This document shows positions 12,536-24,800 of a DNA stretch of 64,000 nucleotides, piece after piece. The DNA is from Lama guanicoe. Its lineage: Eukaryota. The notes under the pieces were generated by a model. That model did not search any database. It was not told the origin of the DNA and worked only from the letters and a program-made list of their open reading frames with translations. The position numbers were made by a program, and so were the translations under genes. Location of the stretch: NCBI GenBank assembly GCA_013239625.1, contig MU053379.1, positions 5,516,659-5,580,658 of the forward strand, in the 5' to 3' direction. The first letter of the stretch is position 1. Every line of letters begins with the position of its first letter.

Positions 12536-13008
12536 GCCAGCACATCAGAGAGGTTTGTGAAGGAGGGACGCAAACACAGCATCACTTGAGACCAGTCCTG
12601 TGTCAAGTCCAAGGTCTTCTGTTTTCTGTATCTCTATCATCATTGATAAACACATTACAAGTTTGCAAACAGATAAATAAGTAAACAAAAGCCTGCCGGA
12701 TGTGAGAAAAGCCCACCTTCTCTGTCCTCCACCATTTTCCTCATCAACTTGACTCCAGTTTAAGGCTCTCTGTTCTCCCTGTGGAGCAGCGAGTGCCTGG
12801 ACCTCCTTCCTTTCCGTTCCTTGTGGACAGGGCAGTTTCTGGCTTCTCACTGTTGCTAAGATTCTCAGATCCACTGCTGTCACCCTTCCTGTCCCCTGGA
12901 ATCCCAGTGTATCTGCACATTGACAGTGCTCATGAAACTGCACACGAGCACACTAAAGAGAGAGGCTCATGTCGAAATCCAAACTGCAAACATCAACAGG
13001 CAGAAATT

Positions 13009-13060
13009 AAGTGAAACTAAAGTCAGAAATAAAAGTGAAAATGTTGCACTTTCAATTTGG
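13009..13060. promoter_or_regulatory. Possible upstream IRF-E cluster
   Basis: AAGTGAAACT (13009-13018), AAAAGTGAAA (13031-13040) and CACTTTCAATTT on the opposite strand, about 400 bp upstream of the ISREs. Confidence 0.4.
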
Positions 13061-13416
13061 AAAAAAAAGAGAAATTTCTTGGCCCATGAAAGTTCCAGAT
13101 ACAGTTGACACAGGACAGTCATCAGCAGCTCACTGCAGAAATGCCAAGTTTACCTGTTCTTCACTGTTTTTCTTTTTCCATAAAGGTGGGGTGGGGACCC
13201 TGCACCTCAGGGTGGAATTTCAAGTTCCACAGATCTTACATTTCCTCTGTTTCTAATTCTGCCTCTTCTTGATCTGATCTTGTTTAGACGTCTGGGATTT
13301 CTCCGCCTCATTTCCTTCCACTTTTATGTCCAAATCCCAAGGTTCACGTTACTGAGGTACTGATGGCAGGGAAGGATGCCCGAATTCCCTACCTGCTCAC
13401 CTGTTCACCATGCAGT

Positions 13417-13460
13417 GAAACGAAACTTAACTGCCAGAGATGAGAAAGGAAACCGAAAGT
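13417..13460 (+). promoter_or_regulatory. Tandem ISRE/IRF elements of the DDX60 promoter
   Basis: GAAACGAAACT (13417-13427) and GAAAGGAAACCGAAAGT (13444-13460) at the 5' edge of the CpG island, followed by a GC box CTCCGCCC (13488-13495). DDX60 is an established interferon-stimulated gene. Confidence 0.85.
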
Positions 13461-13499
13461 CTCTCCGCGGACCAGACCGGCTGGGGGCTCCGCCCAGCC

Positions 13500-13598
13500 C
13501 GACGCCTGGTCCCTGGGCTCCAGCCCTCTCACAGCCACTCTTCCCCGGGCGCGAGTCAGCGGCTTTTCGGGGGCAGCAGGTCCGCGTCCAGGTCCAGG
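13500..13598 (+). other. DDX60: Putative non-coding exon 1 of DDX60 (start approximate)
   Basis: Donor-like CAGG|GTGAGC at 13598/13599 about 140 bp downstream of the ISREs; no ATG inside; not confirmed by transcript data. Confidence 0.5.
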
Positions 13599-13979
13599 GT
13601 GAGCAGTACCGGGGTGTCCCTGGCGGGCTCGAGGTCTCTGACCCGAGGGGCGGGGAGATGGCCTTGGGCGCTCTCCGTGCGGTGCTCGGGGAGCGGGAGC
13701 GGGAGAGGCAGGGGGCCGCGCCCCGGGGGCTGCGGGGATGCAGAGGATGCAGTGGGGCGCGGGGCTGGGGGGACGAGTGGGACGGGGATGCGAGGGCTGG
13801 CGGAGCTCTGGGGCGCAGGAAAGTTGCTGGTGGGGAGCGCCGAGGGCGGAGCAGCGCGGTGAGGGGCGGGCGTGCAGGCACCAGGGTGCGGGTGTGGGGT
13901 CGGGATGCTGGGGAGACCCGGGGGCGTCAGCGCGAGCAGGGCCGGTGGGACCCGACGGGTCAGCCGCTTCCTCATCCGT

Positions 13980-14085
13980 GTAGCATCTCGGCCCGAGTCC
14001 CAACCTGCAGAATCAGAATCTGCATTTTCATAAGATCTCTCCCGGTGGTTCCTTATACCCTTAGGTCCAGTGACTTCGCACAGTA
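13980..14085. mobile_element. MER5-type hAT relic
   Basis: GAATCAGAATCTGCATTTTCATAAGATCTC core. Confidence 0.55.
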
Positions 14086-14109
14086 AGAATTTCTTTCTTT
14101 CATGACGGG

Positions 14110-14470
14110 AAGTGTTCATGGTCACGGGGTGTGCATTCGTGCTGAATAACAGATGGTCGCGACGCCAGTGGCTGAAGTCTGTGGAAATGCGCTCTTGGAG
14201 CGTTTTGGTGGGTGGGACGGCCGGCGCTGGTTGGCTGAGTCCTGGCCCATCTCATGTCCTCGGCTGGGCTGAAGGCGTGGGCTGGGCTCGGGGCTGGGCT
14301 CCATTAGCTGCTGGAAGGGTCCACCTCCTCGCAGTTATGGGACTGGGGGGGGGGGGCCTGTTTCTTGCTGGCTGTTGGCTGGGGCGTCCCCGCGGGGGTC
14401 TTAGCCGCGGGTTTAGGTCTGCAGAGCCAGCAGAAGACTCTCGTGTCCTAGGGCAGAGCCTCACAGGCTA
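14110..14470 (-). mobile_element. GC-shifted MLT1-like LTR relic inside the promoter island
   Basis: CTCCTCGCAGTTATGGGACTG...GTTTCTTGCTGGCTGTTGGCTGGGG. Confidence 0.45.
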
Positions 14471-17399
14471 CAGCTTCAGCAGGGGAGACGCTGCCCGCGC
14501 CCCAGGGGACACACGCGCACCGGTTGCACCAGGGAGGCTGGGGTCTGGGCGCCATCCTGCGGTTCCGCGGGCTCCGCCCTCCCTCCCCTGGACCTTGTTC
14601 TCTGGGTTGGGCATCACTCCTCCACCCACAGTCCCCGATTTCTCTTTTGTCCTTTCCTTCTCTCCTTTTTAAGGTGTTAAAATCAGAATCCATACAGCGT
14701 TTGACACTACTGCAATTGGACAGACATCTTTCAGTTTGTTACAGTTTCTTTCATCATTTTGCCATTTATTTGTTAATAACCTTTTTTGGGGGGAGGGTTG
14801 TTTTTGGTTAATTTTGGTGGGCTGTTTTTGAGTTTTTCTTTTTCGGTCTTGTTATTTTCCTCCTAGTCACATCTTTGAACACTTAACGTGTCCTTCTGTC
14901 TTCTGAATTTCTGAACGACAGTTAGTTCTTGCCACTAGAGTTTTGATCAAATTCAGGTTTAAGAGTTTCTTTTTCTTTTTTTTCCCCTTTGGCTGGAGTA
15001 TTTCCACACTGGGGTAGTTCTATATGGAAGCAGCTCTTTGCCCCTAATTTTGTTGTGTTAACAGCTAATCATACCAAGATCTGTTAATTTATTAGAAGTT
15101 ATAAACTGGTGATATTCTAATAGCATTTTTGTTTCTGTTTATTATATTACCTGGATCACCTCCAGCTAAAAGAAATGAAACTTCTCCATTTCTGAACCTC
15201 CCAATGAGGCTAATTAAGTTATTTTTCTATTGTCAGAGTTTGTCATAATTTAGAGTGTTTCATGACTTTCATTTTGGTTTCTATGTTGAATCAGAAATGG
15301 CAAACCAGTAGAGAGCAGTTATGAAGTTCTTGTTAGCGCACATTGTAGAACCAGTCAGTATCTTTGGGAAGCGTGTTTCCCCGTCTTTGCTGTTTGGAGG
15401 TCTCCAAGTTCAGAGCAGCACGTGCCTCTCATTCCCTCTGTGGCTTCCTTTAACCCTTCTGGATCCTGCAGGGTCTCCCTGCATCTTCATTGTCCTCATC
15501 GCTGATCTTTTTCCTTCAATTTTCTGGACTGTGCTTTAAATAAAATGGTCGTTTAACGTAAGTGTTTGGTGCAATTTCCAACTTCTGCAACGTCTAGGAA
15601 TACTGTCTTTTTTCCCCCTCTCAGTGAATTGAACGACTGTTTGGGTACAGAATTCTAAGTCCAAAATATTTTCCTCTCAAGACTCTGAAAGTATTATTTT
15701 CCTTTATAAAAACCTCCAGCACTGCTGCTCACTTTAATGAGTTCTAGCTGTGTGCCGGGTACTGTTTCCATCAATTTGTATACTTTTAGTAGCTGGAGAA
15801 GACAGCCAGAGTGGAGTAATATTATTGTCCATCCCGATGTTACAGATGCATCAGGCAAGATGCAGGGACAGTAAGTAACCTGCCTCTGCTGTCCTGGATT
15901 TCTGAACGAGGGTCAGAGTGGCCACCTGTCGCTCCTGGCTGCCTCTGCCTCACACCTCCTCATGGGACTCTGTCTTTCTCTGTGTCTTGGAGTCCTCCGG
16001 TTTCAGCAAGCTGTGTCTGCCCGTGCTTTCCTCTTCTGTCATTGTTTGTGCTCAGTACTTGGAAAAGCTTTTCAATCTAGAAATGCATACTTTTCTTTAA
16101 CTCGGGTCTAGTACCATTATCTCGCTGAAACTGGTAGATCTATGATGACCTTTATCTCCACTCCATTTTGGAGTCGTACTTCTCTCCTGCTGGAGTTACT
16201 CTGAAGTGGATTTAGAACTTTTTGGTCTAGCCTCTGTATGTTAGTAATTTTTCTGTTTTCCATCTCTTTGTTTCTGTCTTGTCTCCTCTAAGAAATTTTC
16301 TGAATTTTGACTCCTGGATAACTTGAAATTTCAGCATGTCCATTCCGTTGACCTGCGCATAAATTTTTTTCTGAAAATATACTTAACATTTTTATGAGCA
16401 TTTACTTCTTGTTATTTTTTTTTAAATAATAACAGCACCTGATCTTATCTTATTAGCTAATGTCATTGTGATTACTGAGAACTCTAATTAGAGCTTTTTA
16501 AAGGACTGTTCTGTCCTCTAATCATGTTTCTTCATCTGGCTTCTTATTTTTAGTTCTCTCCCCCTCAAATGTCTAGTGATTCTAATTTTTTATATATATT
16601 CATTCATGGTTATTATTCAAAGTAACTGATTTTATTTTCTTTTGTGTGTCTCTCCCTTAAATGAGAGAGAACTGGGTACAATGACTAGATTCTATGCAGT
16701 GGTGTGAGTGTTAGGGTCAAGTTTAGTATTGGAAGTGTCCTGTAGGCCATGTGGAATCCCTTATCTGTCAGATGAAGGAGGGCTTTACTCTGCGACCACG
16801 GCTGCTGTTAAAAAGTTGCACAGTGTCCAACATGCATACCCATCTCATCAGTGATTGTTGACTTTTTATTTAAAAAATTTTATTATTTGTTATTTTTTTA
16901 TTGAAGTCTGTACAATGTGTCAATTTCTGGTGTGCAGAACAATGTCCCAGTCATGCCGATACCATTTCTTTCAGTTGAATGTGCATTCTATTTTCAAACG
17001 AAGTTGTTAGGACTTACTAATTGTTTGGAGCTAACTACTTAATAAATAAACTATTAGGTATTTATTTTGTCCTGGGGTGTGATGAAAAAATTCCCGAGAT
17101 GTTAAGGGCCACGTGAACACCTGGGAGGCTGTGAATCAACCCAGCGCATCTTGTGGAATCTGATATTCTCTCTTCTGATGCTGCGTGTCTCTGTCCAAGC
17201 CAGGTCGTCGACACCAAGGGCCTCACTTAGCATGACCCTGACACTCTCTCACATTCAGGTCTGGCCCAGCCTTGTGTTTGACTGCTGCACCTGCACAGTT
17301 GGCTACGTGCACGACATACCCTACAATAAGTCTCCAAGGCAGGCCCAGCCCACCTACCTACAAGTGAACTCAGGATCAGTCCCTGGAGCTGGCCTTTTC

Positions 17400-18125
17400 C
17401 CAAGGTTTCCGTCCGTCCTGTTGCATCAGGTAGAACCCTGAGCCTTCTCTTCTCCATCCATATCTGATCCTTGACTAGATCACATCATACTCACCTTCGG
17501 AATATTTAAGATGAACGTGTGCCTCCAGCTACCATCCAGCTGGGCTACATCCAACTCTCCCGTCATTCAAAGGGGCTTCCCCTCTGCCTTACCAACTGAA
17601 ACTTTGCTTTGTTCTTGGTGCTGTGGCCAGAGTAGTCTTTCAAAATGCAAAGCCAGTCATGTGACTGCCTGCTTAGAAACATAGATGGATTTTAGGATGA
17701 AGAATACGTGACCTGCCTGTGATGTGCACACCCCTCACCATGGCCCTCCCCCCTTACTGTCTCACTCCAGGACCCAAGTTGCCCACACACCCTCGTGCCT
17801 GGAGGCTTTTGCACGCGGGGTTCTGGTGTTCCCTCTGCCTGGGATGCCACCCCCACACCACCCCTTTGCTTAATTAATTCTCAGCTCCTCCTTCAGGAGC
17901 CCAGGTATGTCTTCTTCAGGGACGATTCCTCTGACCTCTTTGACTTTGTCCCACTTACAATTTTCCACCATTCATATGATTATCTGGGTGGTACTTGTCT
18001 TTTCTGAAGGTCTTTAAGTTTCATGGAAACTGACAGCATTTTGACTTTCATTCATTCTTGTATTCCCAGTGCCTACTGTTTTGTTTAAGGCCTGAAGTCA
18101 TTAAATACAATTTGTTGATGGAATA
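17400..18125 (+). mobile_element. L2 LINE relic
   Basis: GGCCAGAGTAGTCTTTCAAAATGCAAAGCCAGTCATGTGAC...GTTCCCTCTGCCTGGGATGCC...TGTATTCCCAGTGCCTA...AAATACAATTTGTTGATGGAAT. Confidence 0.7.
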
Positions 18126-18155
18126 ATGAATTTTTAGTTTTTCTTTTCTTTGTAG

Positions 18156-18232
18156 GTCTGCCATTTTCATTAGTCACTGGAGGTACCACAGTAAAGGATA
18201 TTTGCTATATTTAATATTTTCCAGTTCATATT
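18156..18232 (+). other. DDX60: 5' UTR part of exon 2
   Basis: Strong acceptor TTTTTCTTTTCTTTGTAG ending at 18155. Confidence 0.65.
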
Positions 18233-18260
18233 ATGGAGACACAGGGAGCAGCAAGAATGG
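18233..18260 (+). CDS. DDX60: Exon 2 coding part: (METQGAAR)M-G; conserved start probably ATG 18257
   Basis: AGAATGG|GTAATT donor; a second in-frame ATG lies at 18233. Confidence 0.75.
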
Positions 18261-18634
18261 GTAATTTTCCATTTAAGATATTCATAAGTTGTAAAACGAG
18301 GATTCTGTAAGCTACACAGATTTAATAGGATTCATATAACTCATTACTGCTGTTTATTTCTCAAATGCTTTGTAAATGATAGCTCTTTAAAAAAAAGAAT
18401 TGGTTGAAAATAATCCATTCTCTTAACGTTTTTCCCTTAGGTTCACAAAAATACATGATGTTTTTAAAGGAAATGTCCCAGTTAATTTTGACTGAAATGC
18501 CGAAAGCTAAGTGAGTGTTATAGTAATAAATCAAGAGAGGTGACCATCTTATTTCCTGTGTATCTGTTTGGCCTTAAAGTGATACCTATCTGTCTGTCTG
18601 TCAATCATTAATCTCAGTGTATATGTTAGACTAC

Positions 18635-18689
<55 letters not shown>

Positions 18690-18814
18690 TTTTAAATTGA
18701 AGTATAGTTGATTTACAATGTTGTGTTAATTTCTGGTGTACAACATAGTAATTCAGTTGTTCATATANNNNNNNNNNNNNNNNNNNNNNNNNNNNNNNNN
18801 NNNNNNNNNNNNNN

Positions 18815-18853
<39 letters not shown>

Positions 18854-21800
18854 CTGTTTAACATAGAACTTTTACAGCCGTTTGATGGGCAGTGGACATA
18901 GTTTCTCCTGCTCTGTTTGCCCACAGCTGTCAGTTTTATAAAGGGATGAGACTGATTAAGCGGGAGGTCTGTATTCAGAGAGAGATGTTTAAATCCTTGA
19001 GTCCAGTCCATGCCCTGCCACATGGCCTTTGAGAATTTGCTCTCCCCTCCAGCCTCAGTTTCCTTCCCTGTAGAATGGGAATGATTCTGCTTCTTCCCAG
19101 GAAGGACGCTTACGTGGGTGGATGTCTCTGGAAAGTCTGAGCGTAGAGCCCAATAGAAAATTCTTAGCAAATCAAGCTATTGGTGATAAAGATGAGAAGA
19201 TAATAAGAGAATATTATTATATCATCACGTCACCCTCTGGGCCTGATGGAGTCTACATGTAATTTTTGTTTCAACTGTTTTCATTTTAGCTATGACAGTT
19301 TGTTCAATGACTTTGTTGAGTCAGAATTTTTCCTGATTGATGGAGATGCATTGCTGATCACATGCTTCCTTGCACAGTCATTCGAGCCGGGACAGAATCT
19401 CCACTTCTTCTACCTGGTTGAGCGGTACCTTGTGGATCTTATCAGTAAAGGGGGACAGTTTGCCATCGTTTTCTTCAAGGTAACGTGACACTTGAGTTGT
19501 TTTCTGTGATTTGAGAGCTAAAACTGCTTATTATTTTGAAAGTAGCTTTTTGTTTATTTCCAAGTGAAATATGTCTAAAAAATTCAGAAAATTTAAAGGG
19601 AAGAATAGACAAAAAAGTCCTCATGATCCAGGATCCAGAAGTTACTGCATTTACTTTTATTTTTTATTTGCACTGATGGGACTTTCCTGTGAGGATGTGC
19701 TGGTCCCTGGGGGAGGTGAGAAATCTCTGCAGTGGCCAAGCTGGTCTCTGGGCTCTAATCTTCCAGCTCCAGGTAGAACAACCTCTGTCTTCAAAACTCA
19801 GCTATCAGTTTAATCTGAGCCCAGCAGGAGGTCAGACTCAGCAGTGGTGCTTCGTTGCTATTGGCTCTGTAGTAAATGCCTCCCAGGGAAGAGATTGATT
19901 GTGCATATAATTAATACAATGTTAACAATTTCGAATACATACATATGTTGTATTATGTATGTATAATACTACCTCCTCCCCCTAAAGGTAACCACTGTGT
20001 CATTCCTGAGGATTTTGGTGTGTTTTGTGGTCCACAAAATGTTAGGTTTTTGAACATTGCTGACCGCTTGCGGGCAGTGTTTTGAATAAAGAGCAAGGGC
20101 TGGCCTGTTGCCTGCGGCTCAGTTGACAGGCACTAAGCACGTCTGTTGATAAAACTTGTGCTGTTTCACAATCTCCCGCCCCCCCGCACCCGCCGTGGTC
20201 CTCCTTAACTTACATCCACCATTTGCCCTTAAGTATTTTCCTCCCCTTTTTCTTTCTGAAGTGAGCTTGGAGGGGAAGAGGATTAGGGCGGGAAGGGAAG
20301 TGTGATACCCACTCCGCCAAGTTAAAGAGGACACGTGGATCTAGACCCCAATCGCGATGCGTGGTGTCTGCAACCTGACTGTCGAGGTTCAAGGGTCTGT
20401 TTCTTGTGACTATAAAACAACAGAACCTGTGGAACCTAGTCCTTTACTGACTTTGACAGTGCATGCTAACCCACAAAACTGGTGGACTACTAAGTGCCAA
20501 TTTCACAATTATGTCCTTCCACCCCTCCCCCCGCCCCCACAGGATGCTGAGTACGCATATTTCAACTTCCCCGAACTTCTGCCTCTGAGGAGGGCTTTAA
20601 TTCTACACCTAGAGCACAATACCACCGTCGACGTTCGAACAACTTTCTCTGGGTGCTTGTCGCAGGAGTGGCAGACTTTCTTGGAGGACAGTTACCCGTA
20701 TTTCCTGATAGTGGCGGATGAAGGCCTGAACCACCCCCAGACACACCTCTTCAACTTCTTAATCATTCAGTCTTGGGCGATGAAGGTCAATGCTGTGCTC
20801 TCCTCGGGCCAGGTGTCCGATTTCCTTCGACTTTATGCGTATTTCATGCCAAGCAAGCACAAGAACCAGATGTTTTTCCAGAAGGTAATTTGCATCTCAA
20901 AGACAGGCTTCTGGAATGTCACAGAATTTTCCAAATTACTTGACTCAGTTTTATTTCTGCCTCTCCTATGGGAATTATCACCAGTCTCACAGAGAGGTAT
21001 AGAGAAGTAATAATAATGATGATTGTAACCCTAAATGCAGCCCTTTACTGGGCACATGCAGCCATGACAGGAGTTGGTGTGTGGTCCTTCCAGAGAGCCA
21101 TTTTATTTACCGTTTGCAGCAGCCCCGTGAGGGAGGGTCAGGGTCACAGGTAAGTAGTCTGCTCACTGTCAACACACAGTGGGTCTGAGGAGAGGCCTCT
21201 GACCCCCCTGCCTGCATATGCTCCCCTGTGGTGTGGGGTGCTGGAGCCACAGATGAGTGAAATGATGGTTAACACAGCAGCTTTTCATGAGAAAACCATG
21301 GAGAGAGTTGAGGAGGAAGGAAAAGAAGTGAAATATGTTTATTTAATAATAAATCATTAATAGAGTTTTCAAAGTATTGAGAATTTTAATTCCATGATCT
21401 TACTATTTTGCTTATCAGTATAATTAGTAATTACTGTACTGAACTTTTGGGAGTCAAAAATGACCACCAGTTTTATAAATAAATCTGGTTTCTGTTTAAT
21501 TTTTGCTGCTTAGAACAAATTTAGAATGTGAGGATGACTCTATTTCATCAAAATGATTTTTGAGTTAGTTAACACTTTTCACTTTTTGAGTTTAGGGTCA
21601 CACCCCTCATGATACTGGGGACATCTGGATGGTTGTAATGAAGTATAAGATAGAACTCCAATCATTAAACCATTTCCAACTCGAGGTGCCCTCTGTGAGC
21701 AGAAATAGCCCTGGGACTTGTTTCTGTATTGAGAGGAGGTCCTGTAATCCACTCACCCTTTTTTACTCGGTGAGAGCGTTTTTTGAATTTGAGTTTGAAA

Positions 21801-24800
21801 TGTCCCTACAAATTTCCTTCCCAATCTATTCTTCAGGAAAACATTTTTTTTTTAATGGAGGGTTTTATTTCTGGTAAAATAATTTATTTCCTAATTTACT
21901 GAACTCTCACCCTAGAGAGGACCTTTCACTTTCATTCTGAGGACCATGTAAAATGCTGAAGAAGATGCGGTGTCTGTTGATAATGGTAGTTACCGGGGAG
22001 GGGGGAGTGTTACGCTTTTCTCTGTGTGTGTGTTTGAAATTTTTCCTAATAAGACACAGTGCATTACATGGGTACAGTGTTTCTTTTTGAGATGTTGAAA
22101 GCGTTCTAAAATTACATTGTGGTGATGACTGCACAACTCTACAAATTTACCAAAAGTCATTGATTTGTACCCTTAAAGTGAGCAAATTTTGTGTCATGTT
22201 AATTATACCTTTATAAAGCTGTTAAAAAAAATAAAATGGACCAAATTCCCAGACAAAAATTGATTTGGCAAAGACAAAATAGTGCTGTTTGGCAGACTTG
22301 AAAAGCACTGTTGATGATATATAATTACTTTAGTGTATTTTTTAGTTTAGAAATATATTGTAACAATTATATCTTTAATATATGATTGTCTATAGTTGGA
22401 AAGTAATGTGACACTTTATTTATGACAATTTATGTCACTTGCCTATCTTTTACAGAATAAGAATAACATTGAAAATGCTTATAAAACCCTGATTAAGAAA
22501 TTGGAAGAATGTCGAGTTTTAGCATTGGGACATCTTTTTGGAAATTTTAAATGGGAAAATATGATGGAAGAGGTACTGAAACTTTAAAAAGAACTCTTGA
22601 CTTGAACTGTTTAATGACAAAAAAAGATGCAAAAGTAGTACAGGGTCCCCACGTGCCCCTCCCCCAGCTTCCCTGCACGTTAGCACCTGGTGTGACCACG
22701 TGCACCTGTCCAGCCAGGGTGTTAGTGTCAGTGTAACAATATTAACTAAGCTCAGACATTATTTGTATTTCACTTACATTTGCACTGATGTCCTTTTTAC
22801 AGACAAAAGGAACTATACTGAGAAACATATTAGCAACAGACTTTAATAGACCACTTTTTCTGATTATCAAAAAATTCCTCACAAATTTTATTTTTTACTG
22901 GGTGCTAGTATTTCTCTAATGCCTGGCATTTGAATTGTTTGAGAATTGGCTGTAACAAAGAACTCCACAATTATGAATATATGTACGTATATGCATAACT
23001 GGGACATTGTGCTGTACGCCAGAAATTGACACATTGTAACTGTACTTCAATAAGAAAAAAAAAACTCTGTGATGAACATCTTGATGCCTAAATCTTGGTA
23101 CACATTTTGTGGTATTTACCTAACCTAGATACCTAGAACTTGAGTAGTCAATTAAAAGTATCAATATACTTAATGATAATCTTATGTTTTACTAAATAGC
23201 TTTGCAGTAACTCTGTACCTATGAATATTCTTATCAATAAAGTAAAAGAGAAATGACATGTCATATGATTTCCAGTGCTATTATCATTAAGATATACTTT
23301 GCAAACTTGTAAGTAAAAAATATGCTAATTGTTCATTTTGTTACTTAAGAGGTTAGCACTTTTATTTTTATTTGTATTTCTTTGGTGAATTATCTGCTCA
23401 TCTCTTACTAAAGGCTTAGTTGTTTTCTTATTGATTTATAGGAGCTTCCTACGTATTGAGGTTTTTAATTTCACTGAAATACTTTTTATTTCTCATGGTA
23501 AATTTTATTGTTTTAGATAGGAATAGTTATAGTTTTGTGTCATCAAATGTGTGCTTTGTATTTCTTCCAGTGAGATCACTTATGATTGAAACTGTTTTCC
23601 TGAACATCCTGGTGTTTCACAATTTCCTTCTGTGATAGGCACGTGAAGTCATGTCTCTGCTTAAGGAGCTGTGGCCGGAAGGGTCTGACATTCGACGAGT
23701 TCTTTGTGTCACTTCATGCTCGTTGTTCTTGAGTTTGTACCACAACGTCTTAGAGAACAGGTCGCAGACTCCCGCTGCTCAGAAAACTAACACCCAACAG
23801 GTGCGATCATTATTTTGCTGTGAAATACAACACCGTGGTTCTCCATGTTTGAAATTTTATTGATTTTCATTGCCCCAATTCATTTGATTGACTTTATTTC
23901 TCTAATTTATATGAACTTCCAAACAAGGGGTGGGGGAGGCGATAGAATTTGTTTCTAAGACTCATTGATGGTGCCGTTACACGATTTGGTGTTTTACTCT
24001 GCATGTTTCCCTTAGTCCACGTCTAGTCAAATCTGTCCAGTCCTCCCCAGAAGAAAGGAGCTGGCACTGGTGAGAGCTGGCCACCGTCCGAGGTTCGGGT
24101 CTCCTCACACCCCTTCTGCCCTTAAATCCTCACAGTAGCATTTTTAGGGGGCGCTGTGGTTCTTATTTCCCGGATGGGCACGCTGAGGTTCAGCGGGTCC
24201 GAGGAGCAGTCCTCAAACCGAGCTGTTAAATGCGGTGTGGCGTGAACCCAGGGCTGTCTCGTCCCGGTTCCGCTGGTCCTGGAAGCGGCAGTTCTGCCTC
24301 CCGTCCTCGCCGGGGAGACACGGAAGGGCCGAGCCTTCCCCGGCTGAGAGGCCGCCGCGGCTTCGCTGTCCTGCTGAGCAGCCGTCCCTGCGCTGCGCAC
24401 ACGCGCTCACACACGGGTCCCCCTGCTGCCGTGGAAGATTCTCACTACGGAAAAACGAAGTTTTGTCTCTTTCTTCCGCAGTTTCAGAAATGAGCAGGGC
24501 TCACCGTGCTTCTCTTGCGTCCCTTGTGTGAGTCGTGTCCTGGTGGCGCATCCCCACGGGGCTAGGCGGGTCATTTTAGGTGCCACCCAAGTGACCTGCA
24601 CCCAGTGTCTCTCTGGAGCGGCTCATCCTTAGGCCGGTTTGGCTCCGGGGAGGCGCTGCACCCTCTGCGTCTGGGGCCCCGAAACCCGCGGGCACGGGAG
24701 GTGGCCAGGTTACATGCGCCCCCGCCATTCCTGCTCGGACAGGGGACGCCCTCCCAGCCGCACCGCGTTCAGCGCCAGCTGTACACATGAGGCCCGGGGA

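Larger units (their letters stand above)
13460..14600. promoter_or_regulatory. Promoter CpG island
   Basis: Very GC- and CpG-rich stretch directly downstream of the ISREs; boundaries approximate. Confidence 0.85.

Noticed and set aside
13294..13389. NF-kB-like sites GGGATTTCTC and GAATTCCC
   Set aside because: Imperfect matches that are expected by chance; no further support.
13376..14672. Long overlapping ORFs (158-236 aa) on both strands
   Set aside because: Stop-poor CpG-island sequence giving low-complexity G/R/P/A translations with no recognisable domain; overlaps MER5 and MLT relics.
18631..19170. 179-aa minus-strand ORF
   Set aside because: Runs through (TA)n and the N gap; an artefact.
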